A stretch of DNA of 20,000 bases from an uncultured virus (IMG/VR IMGVR_UViG_3300006417_000225). Taxonomy: Duplodnaviria; Heunggongvirae; Uroviricota; Caudoviricetes. Under the pieces are notes generated by a model. The model saw only the letters and a list, made by a program, of their open reading frames with translations. It did not search any database and had not been told where the DNA came from. The stretch lies in IMG/VR virus record IMGVR_UViG_3300006417_000225; one strand, given 5' to 3'. Each line of letters starts with the position of its first letter. The first letter of the stretch is position 1. Below are positions 7,844 to 16,240 of the stretch, one piece after another. The translations under genes and the position numbers were made by a program.

Positions 7844-7863
7844 AAAATTAATGATTAAAGAGC

Positions 7864-9414
7864 TTAAATAGTTACCGAAGGTAATTTAGCATTTTCTCCA
7901 CTAGTAATATAGTTATTAATAGCAGTTTGCAATGCTGACTTAGTAGTACTGTCTCCATTAGGAATAAGTAATACTGTAGTTCCGTTTAATATATTCATAT
8001 ATCCTATATGTTCTGCTGGTACATTTGGAGTAGCTTGTTCAATAGCAACTGATACATAGGATTGTTTAGGATTGACTGCAATAGCATTTACTCTATCATT
8101 GTCTCCTGGCAATCCCAATTCACCATATTTGCTATTATATCCATTATGCTCTCTACCAGAACCACCATTATCTGATTTGTAATCTTCAAGTGCCCAATAT
8201 ACACCAAGACCTCTTGGCCATGAAGCATTTTGTTTATCTTTCACATAGAATGGGAAATTACCTGCTTCAGTTGATCCAAACACATGAATTCGCCTCATTG
8301 GGAATGGGTTTGGATTTGGGTTAAAGATACATGCATCTTCAAATTTAATTGCTTTTGCTATAATCCTAAAGCCACATGTTGGTGTGAAAGTGGTACCAGA
8401 TGCATCACAAAATACTGAATCAGCTTCTGTAGTAATTGCAGTAAATGGATTTGTAGTAGTTGGGGATATTGTACTATTATCTCCTTTAGTGATATTACCT
8501 ACAGGAAGACAAGTGTTTATCTCCAAAGCTAAGTTACAACAACTTCCAACTTTTTCTACAAGTACTGCTGAACCTTTTCCATTTAGTGCAGTATTTATTT
8601 GGTTAACAACTGATTCAAGTTGCCCAAGTGAAGTTGCTGTTCCTGTAAATCCATTTACAAATGTTACTGTATTCCCATCAATAGATATTGACTTTAATGC
8701 TTCTACTTGATCACAAGTTGAACAAGAATTTGAATTTGACATATTCAAAGCAAATGAGTAGCTACTTGAATACAATGGTACAATATCAAAATCTTTTTTA
8801 AGTGGATTTCTTGCACCTCTCTTCAAGTTTTTAAGTCTTGATGCATCAGTTTGAGGTTTCATTTGTTTTATAACAGCATCAACTATTTGTGAGCAATTTA
8901 TATCATCACCACATGATGCACACATATTACCTGGAATAGTAACTGTAAAAGTTTCAAAAGGAAAACTATTAAAAGCAAATTTTCCCATTGTTCTACCATC
9001 TGATACACCTAAATTGAAAGAATAACTTTCATCAGAAGATATACATCCTTTGACAAATACATCCTTTACATCTACAAGTCCACAAGATGGTTGTTCAACT
9101 CTTACACTTTTAATATTGTGACCAAATACAACTTCACCAAATGACTTTCTTAGTGCAGTAGAATATCCTACTCCCTTTTCATCTACACCTACACCAATAG
9201 CCCATCTACCATTAGTAGATTTTGTCCATGTAGCTGTATTGATTGTTTTATTAGTTGTTGGGTCATATATTACATATTGACCTGGATTAACTAATACAGT
9301 AGGGCCACTTCCAGTATTATTTGTAGTTGAGTAAATATCTACCCCACCACCTGAGCCATACAAACCTTGATTACCATATCCTACAAGGATATTCTTTCTA
9401 ATTTTTCTAGACAT
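7864..9414 (-). CDS. Conserved crAss-like structural protein (third gene after MCP; probable auxiliary capsid protein), Cys-rich
   Basis: 516 aa, beta-rich with many Cys (CASC, CSTC, SCC). Its position matches the crAss 'gene 73' slot, and it is the last gene before the terminator. Confidence 0.6.
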   Translation of the reverse strand: MSRKIRKNILVGYGNQGLYGSGGGVDIYSTTNNTGSGPTVLVNPGQYVIYDPTTNKTINTATWTKSTNGRWAIGVGVDEKGVGYSTALRKSFGEVVFGHNIKSVRVEQPSCGLVDVKDVFVKGCISSDESYSFNLGVSDGRTMGKFAFNSFPFETFTVTIPGNMCASCGDDINCSQIVDAVIKQMKPQTDASRLKNLKRGARNPLKKDFDIVPLYSSSYSFALNMSNSNSCSTCDQVEALKSISIDGNTVTFVNGFTGTATSLGQLESVVNQINTALNGKGSAVLVEKVGSCCNLALEINTCLPVGNITKGDNSTISPTTTNPFTAITTEADSVFCDASGTTFTPTCGFRIIAKAIKFEDACIFNPNPNPFPMRRIHVFGSTEAGNFPFYVKDKQNASWPRGLGVYWALEDYKSDNGGSGREHNGYNSKYGELGLPGDNDRVNAIAVNPKQSYVSVAIEQATPNVPAEHIGYMNILNGTTVLLIPNGDSTTKSALQTAINNYITSGENAKLPSVTI

Positions 9415-9417
9415 CTT

Positions 9418-10149
9418 TTAATTTTTTTGCCCCTGAGTTGGGGTGTTTGAAAATATTATTTTATTTAATTGAGTTTGAAAATCCTGAATATCAGACAAAT
9501 CTCTCATAGCTATTAATGCAGCTACATCACATATTTGTCTTTTTTGATAGTGAGAATCAAGCAATAAACCTTTATCTTCTTTAGCAAGTTCACCATATCC
9601 ATCAATATAGAAACCTTTTTCAGATAAAGATGGTGCTTGTATTCTCGGATGTTTTTTAATATAATCTATTAATACTGAATCTATTGTAAAATCATCATTA
9701 TGATATACATCATAGTATTCTTCAGTATCTCTTAGTCCTATTGTTTCTCTCCATTCAAATGAAGGCTTCCAATAAGGACTTATTAATCCTTCTGATAGTT
9801 TTTGAGTTTGGAATGTCCTTACAATTAGTTTATCAGTTGAATTACATTTTTTATTTGTAGCTACTGCTACAACTCTTGTAATCTTATACCAATCTTCAGG
9901 AAGTTTAGCTTTAACTTTTTTATCACTTTCAGTTACTTGTAATTCTACATCTCTTCTTTCTAGTGGTGCTAAGTTAAGCATCATATCTTCCCTAACTTCA
10001 TAAAATACAGCAGCATTTTGTAATACTAATTCTAAAGCTTCATTTAGAATTGAATCCATTGCTGGTACTGTAATTTTTTTCTGGTGATCAGAATTAAATC
10101 TGTTTAATTTTCTCCTGACTTCCCAATGAAGTTCTGTTGCTGGAATCAT
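9418..10149 (-). CDS. crAss-like neck/ring (head-tail connector) protein, 'gene 74' position
   Basis: 243 aa. Helical N-terminus (ELHWEVRRKLNRFNS...DSILNEA), central KLPEDWY, DYIKKHP, and C-terminal ICDVAALIA, the layout of adaptor-type ring proteins. Confidence 0.65.
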   Translation of the reverse strand: MIPATELHWEVRRKLNRFNSDHQKKITVPAMDSILNEALELVLQNAAVFYEVREDMMLNLAPLERRDVELQVTESDKKVKAKLPEDWYKITRVVAVATNKKCNSTDKLIVRTFQTQKLSEGLISPYWKPSFEWRETIGLRDTEEYYDVYHNDDFTIDSVLIDYIKKHPRIQAPSLSEKGFYIDGYGELAKEDKGLLLDSHYQKRQICDVAALIAMRDLSDIQDFQTQLNKIIFSNTPTQGQKN

Positions 10150-11072
10150 TTCTTCTCTTCTATTGCTTCTACTATCCTATCAAATACATCTTTGTTATTT
10201 AGATTTTTTAGGAATTCAACCATTTCTTCCTGGCTTTTTGCAATTACATTCCCATTATATAAATAACCTTTATTTTTTTGTTCCCTTATTACAGAAGCTT
10301 TTTTTGCTTTTTCAATAAGTGCTTTTAATTCGACATCTTCAGCCTTTTCATTTGCAGCTGCTAAAAAGATGTCTTTATTAAATTTACCATTTTGTTGTCT
10401 ATTTGGATTTTCTATGAAATTCACAAGTAGCTTAACAACAGTATCCGGATCAGTCTTATCATTTATTGGTAAACCTAATGCTATACCTACTGTGACTTTT
10501 TTAGCATGTGTCATTTGGGTTATTTTAGCAAGAGCTTCCAATCTTGTTACAACTGCTTCAGTTTCTAAGGCTGTATCCTTTTCTGCATCAGTTATTACAA
10601 ATTTGACATTTCCAGGCATTGCACCTGAACCTTTTTCCCAAAAATCAGGATGTTCCAAACAGGATTTATATAAAAGATAATGCAGTGGTTTCTCTTTATC
10701 AAGAGCAATTACTCCACCATTTGATTTCATTTTTAATCTTCTGTGATTAAAGAATGGGTCTAATTGGTCGTAAATATCTGCTTCTTTTATAAGAGTACCT
10801 TTTCTTGGACCATCCTCATAAGAAAATTTAAGATCTTTAACATAAGAATTCAATTCATCTTTTGACATTCCTGTTAACTTAAATCTTCCTTTATTCAAAT
10901 CCCATGGAACACCAATAGTAAATGATGTTCCAGGGAATCTGTTTTCCTCAAATTTTTGTTTAAAAAGTTCTCTTTTGACACCTGATACAGGGTCAATTTC
11001 TTCAACTGTTTGTTTTGCTCCAACAAAGTGGGCTTTATTGTTTTTAATTGGTTTAACTAAAACTATACTCAT
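10146..11072 (-). CDS. Conserved crAss-like protein immediately downstream of MCP ('gene 75' position)
   Basis: 308 aa. C-terminal KALIEKAKKASVIR...GYLYNG.VIA...EEMVEFLKN..N motif, as I recall for this family; synteny. Confidence 0.65.
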   Translation of the reverse strand: MSIVLVKPIKNNKAHFVGAKQTVEEIDPVSGVKRELFKQKFEENRFPGTSFTIGVPWDLNKGRFKLTGMSKDELNSYVKDLKFSYEDGPRKGTLIKEADIYDQLDPFFNHRRLKMKSNGGVIALDKEKPLHYLLYKSCLEHPDFWEKGSGAMPGNVKFVITDAEKDTALETEAVVTRLEALAKITQMTHAKKVTVGIALGLPINDKTDPDTVVKLLVNFIENPNRQQNGKFNKDIFLAAANEKAEDVELKALIEKAKKASVIREQKNKGYLYNGNVIAKSQEEMVEFLKNLNNKDVFDRIVEAIEEKK

Positions 11073-11091
11073 GCTCTTTAATTTTTATTAA

Positions 11092-12630
11092 TTAATATAC
11101 TGAATATTCTGGTACAAATTTTGCCATTTTTGTAATGTCTTTAATTACAACACCATAAGTATCAGCATATAGTAAATCATAATACCTGCCAAGATGTGAA
11201 GATTTAAATCCTGCTCCTGATGCAGCTTTTGAATTTATAGGTCCAGCTGGAGACCATACACCACATACATATGTATATACTGTACTATTTTGTTTTTCAA
11301 GCAATTCAATATTTGCTTGTTCTCCAGTACCTCCATAATCCATATAATAGAATTCATAAGAAGACATTGGTAAACCTGTTTCAGGATGAAGAATACCACC
11401 ATTAATTTCTTTATTATCAAGAATAGGCCAGTGTTCAACTCTTAAAGATCCAAATGGAAATAATTTAGTTTCAACAAAAAATGTTGAATTCAAACCAAGT
11501 CCTTTTGTATCACCAATACTTGATGTAGAATATACATGGTCATCATATTTATTTGGTACTGAACTTTCAGCAAATCTCTTAGAGAGCCATCTGTTCCACA
11601 TTGTCATACCTCCTTGTCCTGTATACAGAACTCTATTCCTTTTATTATAAGGAGTTGTATCAAAGTCAAGAGACTGGAAATAATCTTCAAACATTTCAAT
11701 TGATCCACCAAATAATGGGAAACCAAAAATATTTCCATCTTCCATAAATTCTTCAATACCAGCACCTCTTCTTACATATTCACCTGAAGTTCCATCAATT
11801 ATACCTTTACCTGCTGACCTACCATATAATAGAGTCATTTCTTTTTCCCAAGCATTATCTTTGATAAACTCAGCTTCAATTTTAGAAATTATTTTTTCAG
11901 GGTAATCGTCTACTTTAGCATTATTTTTATCATAAGGAGAAAAGCGCAACATAAGATTCATCTCATTTGCTTTATTTGATACCCTAGCTTTTTTACCAAC
12001 ATCTGATAAATCAGACTCAAATTCAATCCATCCAGTACCATTAAAACTCCAAGAACCATATCCACTGGAAGATTCCCCATAAGCAGAAGATATTTTGCAC
12101 CATTGTAGATTAGGTTCAAGGAATTCAGGAGGGAAGAAAGAATCAGCATTACTACTAACAAACTGTACATAATATACTGTAGAGTTTCCTTCTGTAACGC
12201 CATCTTCCATTACTCTGACTTGCAGATCCTTTGCAATAAAAGGAGCTAAAATATCTCCCTCAAGATACTGATCAGTATTCAATTTAATGGGGAATTTAGA
12301 TCTTTGCAAACCAGGTACTAAAGAATTCTCTAATTTTTCTGTGGCAATAGGTAGAATTTTACCAGCAGTTCTTAATTTCCATGTTACTGTATCTGTTTGA
12401 ATAGTTCTTGTTCTACCTGAACTTTTCAAAAAGTTTTGCAATGGTGTTTGCTTAGCTGTTAATGATGGCAATGATGTAGAAATCAATTCCATAATTTTAG
12501 GTGTTAGATCAGTTCTCCTATCTAGACCTGGGACATTTGCCAACAATACATTTTCTGAAGCTACGTTAGCCCAGAATTTACTATGTCCATATTCCTCATG
12601 GACTTTAAATTTACTTACAATTGGTCTCAT
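11092..12630 (-). CDS. Major capsid protein (crAss-like, HK97 fold)
   Basis: 512 aa. Follows portal and acidic scaffold. Motifs WEKEMTLLYGR, GAGIEE, VLYTGQGG and VEHWPILD fit crAss-like MCPs. Confidence 0.85.
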   Translation of the reverse strand: MRPIVSKFKVHEEYGHSKFWANVASENVLLANVPGLDRRTDLTPKIMELISTSLPSLTAKQTPLQNFLKSSGRTRTIQTDTVTWKLRTAGKILPIATEKLENSLVPGLQRSKFPIKLNTDQYLEGDILAPFIAKDLQVRVMEDGVTEGNSTVYYVQFVSSNADSFFPPEFLEPNLQWCKISSAYGESSSGYGSWSFNGTGWIEFESDLSDVGKKARVSNKANEMNLMLRFSPYDKNNAKVDDYPEKIISKIEAEFIKDNAWEKEMTLLYGRSAGKGIIDGTSGEYVRRGAGIEEFMEDGNIFGFPLFGGSIEMFEDYFQSLDFDTTPYNKRNRVLYTGQGGMTMWNRWLSKRFAESSVPNKYDDHVYSTSSIGDTKGLGLNSTFFVETKLFPFGSLRVEHWPILDNKEINGGILHPETGLPMSSYEFYYMDYGGTGEQANIELLEKQNSTVYTYVCGVWSPAGPINSKAASGAGFKSSHLGRYYDLLYADTYGVVIKDITKMAKFVPEYSVY

Positions 12631-12633
12631 TTA

Positions 12634-13770
12634 TTAAATATTTAACTCTGTAACAAGAGTTTTATTAGAATTTGTTCCATTCTTATAAACATTTTGATGG
12701 TTTTTTATGGCTTTTTTATTTAGCTTTGCATTGAATGTATCTAGTATTTCATTGTCTCTTTGCTTCTTTATATCTTTTGAGAATTTACTAAAGTCAAAGT
12801 TATTCATTAATAATTTGCTAAATATCAATTGCCATTCAGGATTGTTTTCATATTCCCTTAACTTTAAATTATATCCTGTTGTTTTAACTACTTTTTCTTT
12901 TCCACCTTCTTTTACTTTTACAAGTTCAGATTCATCATATATAAATTTTTTTAACTTATCCGCTTCATACTTTGAAATTACAACACCATTTATATTTCCT
13001 TTTGCTAAAACTTCATCAACATATCTTCTATTAGCTTCTTGTGCTTCCACCCATGCTCTTTCTTGTTCTTCTCTTTGCTTTATTTTAATTTGCAGCATTT
13101 CATTATCTTTCTCTCTAAAATATTCTTGAGCTTCTACTGCATCTTCATATGTTTCATCATTCTCAACTGATAATCTATACAATTGATCAATCTTTTTCTC
13201 AGGTATTCCTTTTTCTCTGTGATATTGTTTTATAACTTTTTCTCTGTTATCCAAATTATAATCATCTGATATATCTAATTCAGAATATGAAGCTGCTTCA
13301 AACATTGATTGAAGTTCTTCTGGTGTTCCACCACTTCTTAAAAATTCAATTGCTTTCTTAACATCTTCATTATAACCCTGAGTTTCAAGATCCCTTAATG
13401 CTTTATTATATGCATTTCTATCAAGAATCTCCATAAGTTCTTCACCTGATAAATCATTTTTTACATCAGCATCAACCAATCCTTTGTTTACATATTCTTT
13501 TAAAAGAATTGCAGCGCCTGTTTCTTCATCTTCATCATCATAATTATCCTCTTCATTATAATCATCTTCTTCATCATAATCATCTTCCTTATCATGATCA
13601 TCTTCTTGTTGTATATTAATTTCTTGTTCATTATTCTGAAGATTTTTAGAATCTTCAATTTCTTCTTGTTGTTCTTCTTCATTATAATCAACAAAGTCAT
13701 TAAACTCCATTTCAATTGGATCCTCCATTACCTCAAATGGAGATTTTCCATCATTTTGCTCTGTACTCAT
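12634..13770 (-). CDS. Acidic, coiled-coil putative scaffolding protein
   Basis: 378 aa. D/E-rich low-complexity N-terminus, helical middle and basic C-terminus; lies between portal and MCP. Confidence 0.7.
   Translation of the reverse strand: MSTEQNDGKSPFEVMEDPIEMEFNDFVDYNEEEQQEEIEDSKNLQNNEQEINIQQEDDHDKEDDYDEEDDYNEEDNYDDEDEETGAAILLKEYVNKGLVDADVKNDLSGEELMEILDRNAYNKALRDLETQGYNEDVKKAIEFLRSGGTPEELQSMFEAASYSELDISDDYNLDNREKVIKQYHREKGIPEKKIDQLYRLSVENDETYEDAVEAQEYFREKDNEMLQIKIKQREEQERAWVEAQEANRRYVDEVLAKGNINGVVISKYEADKLKKFIYDESELVKVKEGGKEKVVKTTGYNLKLREYENNPEWQLIFSKLLMNNFDFSKFSKDIKKQRDNEILDTFNAKLNKKAIKNHQNVYKNGTNSNKTLVTELNI
13534..13605 (-). repeat. 18-nt tandem repeat x4 (EDDHDK EDDYDE EDDYNE EDNYDD)
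   Basis: GAAGATGATCATGATAAG / GAAGATGATTATGATGAA / GAAGATGATTATAATGAA / GAGGATAATTATGATGAT on the minus strand. Confidence 0.8.
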
Positions 13771-16238
13771 TTACTTTTATTTTTTAGTTTTAAATTTTCA
13801 ATTTCAAGTTTTGTTTTTAATTCTTCTCTTAATTTTAAAAGATCAGCTTTTCTATCTTTTTCGGACTCAGATTTTTCATGCTCAATTCTCTTTTCTTCAA
13901 GTTCAATATTATCATTCATTCCATCTTTATCAATATCATATTGATTTGCATATTTAAGAGAATCAATCATTTTTAATTGTATTTGCAATTCTGCATTTTT
14001 TTCAAACATTACCATCTGATGCTCAAGTTCCATTTTTGCTTTTTCTTGCTCAGCTTGCATTTGTTGTTGTTGCATTTGCTGTTGTTGTTGTTGTTCTTGT
14101 TGTCTTCTTACTTCTGCCTGTTCAGCTATGTTCAAAATCTCTGCACCAGTTGAGGCCCATTGAGATTTTATATATTCAGGGAAATTAATTAATCCACCTT
14201 GCAACATTGGTTGCATGTTATATTTTGTCTGTATAAGATTGTCTATATCTTCTGAATTATTTGTAACATAAACCCCAAACTTAGCTGTACTTAGAGATGA
14301 AGGATCAATTTCAATATCTGCTACTGAATAATCATCAAGTATGTATAAGAAATTTTTAGGATTTTTTATATAAGATACTTTTGCAAGTTTTATAAGATAT
14401 GTTAAAAAGTTTTCTTTTAAAATATTATAGGTTGAATATATATCTTCAGTTTGAGATAATGACTGCATTATATTCTGTTGATTATTTGTAGCAGTCATAT
14501 AAGGTGAAACCTGTCCCATTCTACTTGGATTATATTGCATTGCAAACGAACACTCTTGTTTGATATAATCAAGGTATTGTATTCTTTGTGATATATCTTG
14601 TGCCATAGATAGATCAATACCTTTAAATATTTGAGCATCTACATTTCTTGTATTCTCTGTATCTATTAGCATTAAACCATCTTTTACATGACCCCACCAT
14701 TTTTCTATTGACCAATCTTTTGGTTTAGCATTATAAGCTGATAATAATATCTTTCCTTTATCTGTTGCAAAATCATGGATTAATTTTGATCTTACAACAT
14801 TATATTCATATTGATGTGGTTTTCCTTTATCCATTGGAGCCAGTGGCTCTGAATTACCAAAAAATTTACCCCATTCAAAACCAAAATAAGGTCCTTTAAT
14901 ATCAAAAGGATTTTCAAGTGAATCATATTGTTCATCTATTGTTCCTTTATTTATGTATATTCTTTCCCCTCCATATATTAATATAGTTGTTTGATGGAGT
15001 TGCGGTAACCATACCTCTTTTATATTTACATCATCAGGGCCTTCTACATAAGAACCATCTACCCAAAATGCATCTTCTTTACCATCTACAAATCTTTCTA
15101 CATATTTAAATAAAGTAAGTGATTTCCATACACAATGTACATGCTCAATAGATGCATTACTATTATTTCCTCCAAGAGCTTTTACATATTGCCTTGAATA
15201 TTCTTGTTGTCCCTCCCTACTTAATAAATCTATATTTTCAACACTCTCAGGTTCAAGAGAAAATTCATATGCAAGTTTACCTTCTTTTATGTTATCATCA
15301 GAAGCATTTGAAACATAATCATTAAATGCACTGTCAAGTTTTTCAATATCTTTCTTTGTAAGAAGTTTACCATATCTTTTATATACTTCAAATAAAGACA
15401 TTTCCTGCCTATAACACCACCAATCTGCTTCTTCTATAAAATTTGTATTATTTGCGCCACCATATGTAAAATTTTTTGCATCAACAAGTTCTACATGTGG
15501 TTTGTCATTTATTATAGTACCGTAAAAAATTGGAGCTCCAGTTATTATAAAATTTTTAAAACCTTCATTAAATAAGAATTTTAATTTCAATTCTTTTACT
15601 AAATATTTTAATATTTTTTGCCCTTGTATAGTTGAAGCTCCTTTATACTCCTTTGACATATATTCATTAATATACTCAGGAGTCATATCTTGTACTCTTT
15701 GTTCAATTTCTTGTTGTATTTGTTGCTGCTGTTCTTGTGATATTACTGGTTGCCCATTTTCATCAACTTCAGCTGATTGCATTACTTCTTGTTGTACTTG
15801 TTGTGTTACTTCATCTATAATAGGTTGTATAACTTTTTGATGGATCATTTGCTTTACCATCTTATCTCTTGTATCTCTGTACTCATTTACTGCTGCATCT
15901 GAAACATCTATACACATTGGTTTAAAAACTCTTTTTTGTTCATCACCAATCATAGATGAAGCAATATTTGATATAATATCTATGTGTCTTACAACCTGCC
16001 CACTGTTTAAATCACCAAGCCCATGAGCCATTAATGTACTAGAGTCATTGAAATCACTAAGATTTGCTCTACTATTATAAAGATTAAAGTTTTGCTCATA
16101 CTTACGTTTCTTCTTTTCATCTACTCCACTATATCCATATATTGAATCAGCTTTTTTCTCGTACCACTCAAAGTTATTTTTTCTTCTTTCTTTATAAGAA
16201 GTTCTTTCATTTGCATTAAAATATTCAGTTCCTTCCAT
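13767..16238 (-). CDS. Portal protein (crAss-like)
   Basis: 823 aa, directly after TerL. NFNLYN, IGDEQKR, KPHQYEYN, PSRMGQ..ATNNQQNI.QS motifs and a Q-rich coiled-coil C-terminus, typical of P22-like/crAss portals. Confidence 0.88.
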   Translation of the reverse strand: MEGTEYFNANERTSYKERRKNNFEWYEKKADSIYGYSGVDEKKKRKYEQNFNLYNSRANLSDFNDSSTLMAHGLGDLNSGQVVRHIDIISNIASSMIGDEQKRVFKPMCIDVSDAAVNEYRDTRDKMVKQMIHQKVIQPIIDEVTQQVQQEVMQSAEVDENGQPVISQEQQQQIQQEIEQRVQDMTPEYINEYMSKEYKGASTIQGQKILKYLVKELKLKFLFNEGFKNFIITGAPIFYGTIINDKPHVELVDAKNFTYGGANNTNFIEEADWWCYRQEMSLFEVYKRYGKLLTKKDIEKLDSAFNDYVSNASDDNIKEGKLAYEFSLEPESVENIDLLSREGQQEYSRQYVKALGGNNSNASIEHVHCVWKSLTLFKYVERFVDGKEDAFWVDGSYVEGPDDVNIKEVWLPQLHQTTILIYGGERIYINKGTIDEQYDSLENPFDIKGPYFGFEWGKFFGNSEPLAPMDKGKPHQYEYNVVRSKLIHDFATDKGKILLSAYNAKPKDWSIEKWWGHVKDGLMLIDTENTRNVDAQIFKGIDLSMAQDISQRIQYLDYIKQECSFAMQYNPSRMGQVSPYMTATNNQQNIMQSLSQTEDIYSTYNILKENFLTYLIKLAKVSYIKNPKNFLYILDDYSVADIEIDPSSLSTAKFGVYVTNNSEDIDNLIQTKYNMQPMLQGGLINFPEYIKSQWASTGAEILNIAEQAEVRRQQEQQQQQQMQQQQMQAEQEKAKMELEHQMVMFEKNAELQIQLKMIDSLKYANQYDIDKDGMNDNIELEEKRIEHEKSESEKDRKADLLKLREELKTKLEIENLKLKNKSK

Positions 16239-16240
16239 TG

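Noticed and set aside
11235..13715. Nested minus-strand ORFs 11235..11438, 11958..12203 and 13500..13715
   Set aside because: Alternate-frame by-products of MCP and scaffold codon bias; the M/I/K-rich one mirrors the GAT/GAA repeat.
869..13944. Plus-strand ORFs (869, 1580, 1746, 3606, 6152, 8384, 10369, 12707, 13594)
   Set aside because: Antisense shadows of well-supported minus-strand genes with no recognisable motifs.
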